Notes under the pieces: model-generated
What the model was told of the DNA's origin: nothing
Databases searched by the model: none
The model's input: only the letters and a program-made list of their open reading frames with translations
Assembly (NCBI GenBank): GCA_965263355.1
Contig: CBDHHL010000006.1
Span: 1 to 14,231, forward strand
DNA: 14,231 bases
Reading direction: 5' to 3'
Source of the DNA: Leptolyngbyaceae cyanobacterium
Lineage (GTDB): Bacteria > Cyanobacteriota > Cyanobacteriia > Phormidesmidales > Phormidesmidaceae
Position numbers and translations under genes: made by a program
Part shown: one piece after another, positions 6,251 through 14,231 of the stretch
Numbering within the stretch: the stretch's first letter is position 1
How the letters are laid out: every line of letters begins with the position of its first letter

Positions 6251-9200
6251 ACCTTCACCCGCAATAACCCAGATCCAGGACACCAATACATACGAATCTG
6301 ACTCTGGTGCAGAAGATGACTCAGACAATGCTGATGAACAAGACACTACCAACAATGACACAGAGGAAGACCCAGAGGCTACGGCCTTCATCTCTCACTT
6401 GCAACAACTTCCACATGCCATTAGGCATAAGGAGACTGATACGGAGGCCCGTAAGGCTAAGACCTTCAGGAAGTTCTTACGCTGTTCAGTGGACGGCCAC
6501 ACTGTCAACGGCCTCGTGGACGGTGGCAACACCTGGCACTCATGCATCTCCGAAAACTTCATGAAAGTTTTAGGATGGAAGAAGACAGACCTCCTACCCA
6601 CCAAGTATTGCAATGTAAATACGGCCAAGAAGGGATCCTCTATCAAGTCCCTCGGACAGTTGCCAAGGCCCTTGACCCTAACTCCTTCCAACGGAGGCAC
6701 ACCTATACAGTTCCAGCCCATGGTCATGAGATCGTTGTCCACTTCACTCAATATCTCAGGACCTTTGCTCGAACTTTGCGGTATCGATCACCTCACCTCC
6801 AAGGGTGCCCTCAATTGGAGAGGCAAAAGGATCCCACTCCTCAACAGACCCAGTCTCAAGGACTCAGCAGCTATTTCCATCCTCGAGACAGCCACACTTC
6901 CACCAAAGTCCCTCAAGTTAGTCCTAGGAGTCTGCCCAGACACAATCAACTCAACCTTTGCATCTGGCACTGTAGTGGTTGAAGGAGACAAGTTATTAGC
7001 AGAGGAAACCAACCTAGCGCCTGCCAGGAATGCCCTCTGCACAATTACACCAGAGGGCTCCGTCTATGTGCCCCTTATCAACCCACATCACTACCCCATT
7101 ACCATCAAGAACGGTACCTTCTATGGGCGAGCTCACCTCACCAAAACCACGCTGCTCAGTAATGGCATCCAGTCCATATCCATGGTCTCTGACTCAGCTG
7201 ATGACTCAGGTTATGACAGCGAGGACGAGGATACCCCACAGGACATCAAGTATTTTGAGAACCTCCCGGAGGACCCAGAAACAAACCCCTCTGACCAATA
7301 CACCAATTGGTCTGATGACCAGAAGAAACAATGGTTCCTGGACACATACAAGTTAGACACCAGGCCCTGCTTCAAAACTCAACACCAGTTGAACCTGGCA
7401 CTAGACACCCTCACCAAACACTTTGACCTTTTCTCCAAGGACGGCTCCTATGGCTTCAGTGACCTCATCACCCATAGAATCATAACGGACGACGTCCAGC
7501 CTGTCAAGGACAAACTGCGACCCTGTAATCCACTGCTACAAGACTCACTCAAGGCACAACTAGAGAAATGGGACAAACATGGAGTCATCGAGCCCTCATA
7601 CTCCCCATGGGCGGCCAATGTTGTCCCAGTTAAGAAGAAAGACAACTCCATCCGCTGGTGTATTGACTACCGCAAACTCAATGCGGTTACTAAGAAGGAC
7701 AGCTTCCCCATGCCCAGCGTCTCGGAAACATTCAACGCTTTGGCAGGATCCTGTCTCTTCTCCAGTGTAGATATGGAAGGAGCATTCCACTCTGTGGCGA
7801 TTCACCCAGCTGACAGGGAGAAGACAGCCTTTATCACGCCATTTGGAACATTCCAGATGAAGAAACTGGGCTTTGGAGTTAGCAATGGCCCTGCAACATA
7901 CTGCAGGCTCATACAGATGGTTCTCAGAGGAATCCCCTCATCCATTGCTTTGGGATTCCTCGACGACGGAATTATTCATTCCAATGATGTCGAGACCCAT
8001 TGCCAAAACCTTGACAGAGTCTTCACAGCATATGCCAACGCTGGGCTCAAAATCAACCCAAAGAAGTGCTCATTATTCATGGAAGAAATCAACTACCTGG
8101 GCCATACAATCAACCAGCACGGCGTCAGACCACCAGCAGAGTACATCGACCAGATCAAAACATGGCCAGTCCCTGACTCTCCAAAGAAGATACGGCGCTT
8201 TCTGGGAATGGTCGGCTACTACAGAAACCATATCCCCGATTACGCTCTTCTCTCAGCCCCATGGACAGACGCCTTGAAGAAAGACAACGTCAAAAAGAAG
8301 ATCAAGCCCACACCTGAGATGATTGCCAACTTTGACAAACTCAAAGAGAAACTCACCACGGCACCCATACTGGGTTTCCCATACTTCCATGGACCAAAGG
8401 CGGGCACCTTCATCCTCGACACAGACTTTTCCTGCAAACAGATCAGCGGGATCCTCTCACAGATCCAGGATGGACAGGAAGTGGTCATAGCTTACGGCTC
8501 CAAAAAGCTAGACAGTGGTCAACAAAACTACCCATCCACAAAAGGGGAGCTGTTCGCTGGCAAACACTTCATGCAGAAATATGCATTCTACCTCAAGTGG
8601 TGCCAACAGTTCACCTGGAGGACCGATAACTCAGCCCTCCAATGGCTGAACAGTATGCAAGACCCGCCCAGTATCATCTACCGGTGGCGAGAAGTACTCA
8701 GGGACTTCAACTTCAAGGTGGTTCACAGGGCAGGAACCAAGCACACCAATGCTGACTGCTTATCGCGAGTGGAATTCGATCAACCACCACCCAAGAAACC
8801 TAAGCTCCAGACAGAAGACCAAAACACCCTGCCGGAGGACCACAAAACCCTGCCGGAGGACCACAACTCCCTGCCGGAGGACCACAATTCCCTGCCGGAG
8901 GACGCCACAGTCGCAGCCCTAGCCAATGATGCGGATTCACTGTCTTACAAACCACAGGAACCCACATGGCAAGACCTCCTCCAGCCCACAGCTCCACCTC
9001 CTCCAAACCAACTCATGAAGCGCATCACTGACCTCATTCCAGTCAGTATGGAGGACGAACAGCAGAAGTGCTCCACCCTCAGTATGGTTCGCAAATGGAT
9101 TAGAGGCATTGACAAACCAGATAGGCTCATGCAGCGATGCTTAACCCCAAACCAGAAGAAGTACTTAGGCACCCTCTCCTCCCTCAAACTCATACAGAGA

Positions 9201-10766
9201 GGAAAGGAACATGTATTGTGCTCCCTGTATCTCAAAGATGACGGTACTGTCCCACACTACCAAATCTGCCTCCCAGAACACCTCTGGGTACCGGTCATCC
9301 AAGCAGCACACACCCTCAATGGTCACATGTCGCATCAAAGTACCCTGGACCGTCTCAAAACCCTGGTGCATTTTCCAAACATGTCTAAAATGGTGAAGCA
9401 AGTTATTCACTCGTGCCAACCATGCATAACCAAACACAAGACAGCCAAGCCCCAGAAGCACACGCTCATTTCCAGTATGCCTCCCTATCCGTTCCACACC
9501 ATCCACGTGGACTTTGTTGGCCCCATTTACAAGTCATCGCAGGGGAACCAATACATATTCACGGTCAAAGACGCTTTCTCACGATGGGTGGAAGCATTTC
9601 CCATGAAGGAAGCCACAGCCAACAACGCAGCCTTCTGCCTGGAAACACAAGTATTCCCACGTTTCGGTCTTCCCCAAAGGATACACTCAGATTGTGGTTC
9701 ACAATTCACAAGTAACTTCTGGAAGCAGTTAGGAGAACAACTTAATATCAAGATCTCCTACACCACTCCATACCACCCCCAATCAAACGGGATGGTTGAA
9801 CGCTTCCACAGGGACCTTGGGAAGATGCTGGCCGCCACCAACAAAGGCGGCTCAGAAGACTGGGAACAAGGCCTTCCAGCCGCACTGATGGCTCTCAGAT
9901 CCGCAAAATCCAGAACCACGAATCTGAGCCCTTACTCAATATTGTTTGGCCGGGAAATGTCTCTGCCACTAGACCTGATTTTCGCACTCCCTGATAAGGA
10001 TACTGAACACATCACAGATGCTAAGGCTAGAGCCTTCACAATCAGGAAGAGGATCAACCGGGCCTATGAGTGTGCCATTATACACGCCCATAGAGCTGTA
10101 GAGAGGCAGAGACGTTCTTACCACCAGGACAAACAATATTTCACCGTTGGCCAAAAGGTGTGGCTTTACACTCCCAAGACATTCGACAGAGGCCCAACCA
10201 AGTTGAAAACTAGATGGTCCGGTCCCTGGACAGTCTGCGCACCACCGGGCAATGAGATTATGATCCGCATCTCACCCATGGCAGGTTGGCAGTTCAAACA
10301 TTCCATAGTGGTCGCCATTGACAGACTCAAGCTGTACACAGGAGAGAACCCCATAGAGCCTGACCCCTCTTCTGACCTACAAATGACCGGTGATGAATTT
10401 GCAGAGGAACTAGACCCTGCGGAGTTCGAGTGGAACAACGACCACTCTGTCGACCTTGAGACCTACAAACACCTCATGCCAGTGCTCACAGGGCCTTCAC
10501 CTTACCCAGATGACACATTAGACGACGGTGATCAAGCACGACCTGGCACACCCCCTCAACATAGTGATATTCAAACAAACATTAGTCAAACCAATACTAG
10601 TCCAACACAGACACAAGTGCAGTGCCCAAATAAAGCCCCTACACCAATTCAAACAGTGCTGACCAGTGTTACATATCCCATAGTTTCTGTACAACTCTTT
10701 CCACCAATCATCAGCAATATGAAATATAAGCCAAAGATCCCATCCGCTTCCAGCCGGAAGAATTAG
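6219..10766 (+). CDS. pol: Pol polyprotein: aspartic protease, reverse transcriptase, RNase H, integrase (made as Gag-Pol, ~1,930 aa)
   Basis: PR LVDGGN. RT SPWAANVV..KK, RWCIDYRKLN, FG...PAT, FLDD, YLGH. RH LDTDFS, KGEL, TDNSAL, NADCLSR. IN H-x4-H..CQPC, VDFVGP, SDCGSQF, NGMVER, GPW. The track start at 6399 is TTG; the frame opens at 6198. Confidence 0.97.
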   Translation, partial: GKLDQPGSTRLPSPAITQIQDTNTYESDSGAEDDSDNADEQDTTNNDTEEDPEATAFISHLQQLPHAIRHKETDTEARKAKTFRKFLRCSVDGHTVNGLVDGGNTWHSCISENFMKVLGWKKTDLLPTKYCNVNTAKKGSSIKSLGQLPRPLTLTPSNGGTPIQFQPMVMRSLSTSLNISGPLLELCGIDHLTSKGALNWRGKRIPLLNRPSLKDSAAISILETATLPPKSLKLVLGVCPDTINSTFASGTVVVEGDKLLAEETNLAPARNALCTITPEGSVYVPLINPHHYPITIKNGTFYGRAHLTKTTLLSNGIQSISMVSDSADDSGYDSEDEDTPQDIKYFENLPEDPETNPSDQYTNWSDDQKKQWFLDTYKLDTRPCFKTQHQLNLALDTLTKHFDLFSKDGSYGFSDLITHRIITDDVQPVKDKLRPCNPLLQDSLKAQLEKWDKHGVIEPSYSPWAANVVPVKKKDNSIRWCIDYRKLNAVTKKDSFPMPSVSETFNALAGSCLFSSVDMEGAFHSVAIHPADREKTAFITPFGTFQMKKLGFGVSNGPATYCRLIQMVLRGIPSSIALGFLDDGIIHSNDVETHCQNLDRVFTAYANAGLKINPKKCSLFMEEINYLGHTINQHGVRPPAEYIDQIKTWPVPDSPKKIRRFLGMVGYYRNHIPDYALLSAPWTDALKKDNVKKKIKPTPEMIANFDKLKEKLTTAPILGFPYFHGPKAGTFILDTDFSCKQISGILSQIQDGQEVVIAYGSKKLDSGQQNYPSTKGELFAGKHFMQKYAFYLKWCQQFTWRTDNSALQWLNSMQDPPSIIYRWREVLRDFNFKVVHRAGTKHTNADCLSRVEFDQPPPKKPKLQTEDQNTLPEDHKTLPEDHNSLPEDHNSLPEDATVAALANDADSLSYKPQEPTWQDLLQPTAPPPPNQLMKRITDLIPVSMEDEQQKCSTLSMVRKWIRGIDKPDRLMQRCLTPNQKKYLGTLSSLKLIQRGKEHVLCSLYLKDDGTVPHYQICLPEHLWVPVIQAAHTLNGHMSHQSTLDRLKTLVHFPNMSKMVKQVIHSCQPCITKHKTAKPQKHTLISSMPPYPFHTIHVDFVGPIYKSSQGNQYIFTVKDAFSRWVEAFPMKEATANNAAFCLETQVFPRFGLPQRIHSDCGSQFTSNFWKQLGEQLNIKISYTTPYHPQSNGMVERFHRDLGKMLAATNKGGSEDWEQGLPAALMALRSAKSRTTNLSPYSILFGREMSLPLDLIFALPDKDTEHITDAKARAFTIRKRINRAYECAIIHAHRAVERQRRSYHQDKQYFTVGQKVWLYTPKTFDRGPTKLKTRWSGPWTVCAPPGNEIMIRISPMAGWQFKHSIVVAIDRLKLYTGENPIEPDPSSDLQMTGDEFAEELDPAEFEWNNDHSVDLETYKHLMPVLTGPSPYPDDTLDDGDQARPGTPPQHSDIQTNISQTNTSPTQTQVQCPNKAPTPIQTVLTSVTYPIVSVQLFPPIISNMKYKPKIPSASSRKN
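8814..8903 (+). repeat. In-frame 21-bp tandem repeat (~4.3 units, LPEDH[K/N][T/S]) in the RNase H-integrase linker
   Basis: Core ccctgccggaggac at 8827, 8848, 8869 and 8890. Confidence 0.95.
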
Positions 10767-10902
10767 CTAACCCTCTTACCATTTATATTCCAGTGTTTGT
10801 TTCTGCATACCTCCACTGCCATCCACCACCACATACACAAGCCTTCGCTGATCGCTTTCCCCTGTTCCAATACACAGTACAGCAACCAACCAAATCACTA
10901 CC

Positions 10903-13900
10903 ATGGAGTTCAACCCCAATGCCACCGACTTCATCTCCGGAGTCTCCAACGCTGAGCTGGTCAACAACACCATGTTGACCCAATCCACCTCCGTAGCCCC
11001 TACCACCTTCGAGCTCACCGCCGTGAGCTCCCCCATGGAGATGACCAGGCACGGGGCTGTAGCCGCCATGACGGCTGCAGGCTCGATCCAGCCGGACCCA
11101 GCCTTCCCGTCTCTGCAGGAGACCGTGACCCGTCACGCCAGTGCGGCTTTCGCTGCAGCCCAGGGATCAATCCAGCCAGATCCCACATTCCCCAGCCTGG
11201 ATGATAAGCGGAACCAGCTTATCGCCAACGCGGACCCCCTCCTCCGCCCAGCCCACATGAGGACCCCAACCAAACCACCCCAGCAGCACGTGGTTAAAAC
11301 AGCCTCCCAACTGGTCAGGGAGCTGTACACCAGCCAGCCAAGGGACCCCATGTCAACCCCACCCCACAAAAAGAGGGCCTTCGAGTACCAGGAGTCCGAC
11401 TTCCCCTCACTCCATGACCTGACTACCAAAGGAGTGATGGAGAGGCCGGGGTACTCGACCATGAATCTCCAGAGAGCCAGAGCCAGGGACACCGAGTCCA
11501 ACTCAACCCAGTCCCCTCCCACAACGGTCCCTCACTCGCCGGCCCCTTACACACCCAGGGCAGTCAACTCAAACCTGACCCCCTTAGGTACACCCAACAA
11601 GAGACATTTGGGCAGCAGGGACTCCAACATCTCAATCGAGCCCCTCCACCAAACCAACCAGGCTATCCAGGCCTCCCAGCAAAGCCTGCTAAGGACTTCG
11701 GAGGACCTCGGAAGGACGGCCGACACAACCGTCTCCAAGCTCTCCAACCTTAGTGACCTCGTTGCCAAGCAAATCCCGGAGGCGCTTACGCAACTCACCA
11801 ACCTCAACCAGGAAATTGCCAGCAAGACTAGCCAGCTGCACGATCTGGAGCTCTCTCTGGCCACAACCAGATCGCCCAGGGCCTCTCACTCAAGATCAGG
11901 CTCCTTCTCTAGACCATCGAGGTCAAGGAACCCCTCCACGAGCTCCAAGACCCGCTCGCCCTCGGCCTCCCCAGCTACCCGCAGCCGCAACAAGTCCCTC
12001 CAGGAGGACTTAGACAGATTGAGATCTCGCATCGAGGAGAAGACAACCAAAATCGATGCTCTCAACAGCCAAGAACGATCTCTCCAAGACAGGCTATCCA
12101 AGTCAAAGAAGGCCAAACAAGAAGCAGACTCCGCTGTCAACGTGGCTCGCCGTACCAAAATTGACGTCGACACAGAGGTTAAGTCACTCAAGAAAGAGAA
12201 GGAAAACCTCCTTAAGACCATCTCAGAGCTTCGATGCAAGGAGGCAGCCTTGGAGTCCCGCAAGAAGGACGACGATGATGCCGCCGCTGCAGCCCAGGCG
12301 GTCAAGAAGGAAACAGAGAGTCTGAACAACAAGATCGCAGACCTCAAAGCGACCCTTGCCAGACTTGGCGCCGACAAGCGAAACTTGGAAACCACCTTGG
12401 CGGCGCATAACCTCGAGGTTACCACACAGAGGTCAAACCTCCATGACCTCAACCAGCAGCTATCCCAAGCTGCAGTCAACTTGCGGAGGACCAAAGAAGA
12501 TCATATAGCCGCCTCCAATGAACTCAATGCCATTAACGCTGCCATTACCGAGGCCAGAACGGCATATGAACAAGAACAAGAAGCCAGACAACAGCAGATG
12601 ACCACTACCGATAACCAGATTGCGGAACTACAACAACACCTCGTGGCCCTCCAGCAGCAATATGACACCCAGAAACAGCAGATGACCGCGCAGATCGACA
12701 GCCTCCGGGCTGACACTGACAAGCTTCAGCGCCAAAACAAAGAAGCAGCTGAGTCCCTCAGCGACACACTGTCCTCCAACTCGGCCTCCCTACAAAATTC
12801 GGCCATTAAACAATCCAACGAGCTCAACGCTGAGTTGGAGGCAGTCAGAAACAAGGTGGGTGCAGCCAAAATGCGCCTCACCCAAGTCAATAAGGAGCTC
12901 ACACAGGCCACCACCGACCTCCAGAAAGTGCAAGCCGACAAAAATTCAACAGAGGATGACCTAAGTATCACCAAGTCCAGACTGGACTTAGAGTGCAAGA
13001 AACTACACGACGTCCTCCATGCTCTCGACAGCACCAAGACCAGCCACGAAAATTCCAAGACGGCCCTCAACAAGGCCACCGCAGAATTAGACAAGGTCAC
13101 CAGAGCAGTGCAGGACAAAACTAAGGATCACCAGAACTTGACAGCCCAGGTCTCCAAAGCCAGATCCACCCTGCAAGAGCTCTCGTCAGACATCACTATG
13201 GCCCGCAAAAACCCCATAGTGCCAGCACCACTCTCCCCCATACCAATGGCACACCCCTCCATGATGATGGAGTTTGATGATGCCACTAACTCATGGGTTA
13301 GGCCGCAAGGACTGCCAGTCACACCAGGCAAGTCCATCCCCACACAGCCTCACTCAAGCAGCAACACGGTGACTGTCAACCCCACCATAACCATTCAGGC
13401 CCCAGCTGCAAGAGATGGCGAGGCCAATATTGCCCACCAGGCCGCAGCTTTCTTTGCACAAGCGGGCAAAGATCTAACCACATATGTGAATCATGAAATT
13501 ACGCAGTCCCAGGCCCTCCTAGCCAATCAGATCCAGACCATGAATGCCACTATAGCAGACATGAAGACAACGGCACTTAAGCACTTTGAGGTCCAGAAGG
13601 CGACTTATGCGCAACATTTCAACGACCTTGAGGCCATGCAGGTCCAATTCAATCAGCAGAAAGATACAGAAGCTGCAATCCAAATCGGCCAACTCAAAGA
13701 GACCTTGACAGAAGAATTTAAAGCGACAAGACAAGTTGACTTACTGGAACCACAAATTGCCAAGCAGCAAACCCAGATCACCCTCCTACAGAATGCACTC
13801 AAAGAAATAGACCGACTCCTCAAGGCCCAACAGAGCAAGAAACCAGGCAAAGGCAGTAAAAAGACTCAGCACATCGCAGAGAAACAGCTCCAGATAGCCT

Positions 13901-14231
13901 CACAACTGGAGCTCCAGGACATTGACGCCAATGCCACTGAGGATGACCTAGCCCGAAACCAGACCAAGCTGTACAGGACCATCAATAACAAGATCGAAGA
14001 CCAACATGCCAGGGTCACGAGAGTAATGGAGGATCTGCGCAACGACATCCACGATCCTAACACTCTATTCTCCATCGACCCGAAGACAGTGGCTCACAAA
14101 AGGCCTAGGGATATCTCTACTGACACCACAATAGGCAAGCCTCCTGCCAAGATTACACCAACAGTGGACACTTCAAGAGTACCACAAGAGCATCTTGCCT
14201 CCGTGCAAGAAACATTATCCAAGTTACACCC
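10903..14231 (+). CDS. ORF3: large accessory protein (>=1,109 aa) with disordered N-terminus, RS-rich patch and long coiled coils; runs off the window end
   Basis: Hand translation from ACC-ATG-G (strong Kozak; upstream in-frame TGA at 10849) finds no stop to 14231. It begins MEFNPNATDFISG. Heptad-rich Q/E/K/L/A stretches lie at about 11990-13200 and 13480-14050. It is presumably absent from the ORF track because it has no stop codon. Confidence 0.9.
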   Translation, partial: MEFNPNATDFISGVSNAELVNNTMLTQSTSVAPTTFELTAVSSPMEMTRHGAVAAMTAAGSIQPDPAFPSLQETVTRHASAAFAAAQGSIQPDPTFPSLDDKRNQLIANADPLLRPAHMRTPTKPPQQHVVKTASQLVRELYTSQPRDPMSTPPHKKRAFEYQESDFPSLHDLTTKGVMERPGYSTMNLQRARARDTESNSTQSPPTTVPHSPAPYTPRAVNSNLTPLGTPNKRHLGSRDSNISIEPLHQTNQAIQASQQSLLRTSEDLGRTADTTVSKLSNLSDLVAKQIPEALTQLTNLNQEIASKTSQLHDLELSLATTRSPRASHSRSGSFSRPSRSRNPSTSSKTRSPSASPATRSRNKSLQEDLDRLRSRIEEKTTKIDALNSQERSLQDRLSKSKKAKQEADSAVNVARRTKIDVDTEVKSLKKEKENLLKTISELRCKEAALESRKKDDDDAAAAAQAVKKETESLNNKIADLKATLARLGADKRNLETTLAAHNLEVTTQRSNLHDLNQQLSQAAVNLRRTKEDHIAASNELNAINAAITEARTAYEQEQEARQQQMTTTDNQIAELQQHLVALQQQYDTQKQQMTAQIDSLRADTDKLQRQNKEAAESLSDTLSSNSASLQNSAIKQSNELNAELEAVRNKVGAAKMRLTQVNKELTQATTDLQKVQADKNSTEDDLSITKSRLDLECKKLHDVLHALDSTKTSHENSKTALNKATAELDKVTRAVQDKTKDHQNLTAQVSKARSTLQELSSDITMARKNPIVPAPLSPIPMAHPSMMMEFDDATNSWVRPQGLPVTPGKSIPTQPHSSSNTVTVNPTITIQAPAARDGEANIAHQAAAFFAQAGKDLTTYVNHEITQSQALLANQIQTMNATIADMKTTALKHFEVQKATYAQHFNDLEAMQVQFNQQKDTEAAIQIGQLKETLTEEFKATRQVDLLEPQIAKQQTQITLLQNALKEIDRLLKAQQSKKPGKGSKKTQHIAEKQLQIASQLELQDIDANATEDDLARNQTKLYRTINNKIEDQHARVTRVMEDLRNDIHDPNTLFSIDPKTVAHKRPRDISTDTTIGKPPAKITPTVDTSRVPQEHLASVQETLSKLH

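Larger units (their letters stand above)
1..14231 (+). mobile_element. Ty3/Gypsy-type LTR retroelement (endogenous metavirus-like) with env and an extra ORF, circularly permuted
   Basis: gag with CCHC knuckle; pol in the Gypsy order PR-RT-RH-IN; PBS; LTR with TGTGA...TCACA ends; env-like ORF. All are on the + strand and no host-like flanks are visible. Confidence 0.95.

Noticed and set aside
6399..6401. TTG as an independent pol start
   Set aside because: The frame is open from 6198 and a canonical -1 frameshift signal links it to gag.
10776..14075. Chain of minus-strand ORFs listed in the track
   Set aside because: Nearly all mirror the codon register of the uninterrupted + strand ORF3 and are Leu/Ser/Val-rich antisense shadows.

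Overview
The whole window is one apparently intact Ty3/Gypsy (Metaviridae-like) LTR retroelement from a eukaryote, read in permuted order. On the + strand: env-like gene (237/279-2966), a single LTR (about 3044-3529), tRNA-Leu PBS (3532-3544), a 1.44 kb structured leader, gag (4984-6228), pol by -1 frameshift (PR-RT-RNase H-IN, to 10766), and a large extra ORF3 (10903 to the window end) that the ORF track misses. ORF3 has no stop and can continue in frame through positions 1-82, so the window looks like a circularised unit LTR-gag-pol-ORF3-env. The env is a chuvirus-like class III fusion glycoprotein with a splice-dependent start and a ~300 aa basic tail carrying PPxY and YPxL motifs. ORF3 is a >1,100 aa coiled-coil protein with a PAM2-like N-terminus and three FPSL motifs. 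The leader holds a dense hairpin array with unrelated stems but only two loop types (C-NGG-G and C-UGUGU-G), a candidate multivalent packaging signal. Family assignments come from motif recognition by eye. No searches or folding were run, and the host cannot be determined.
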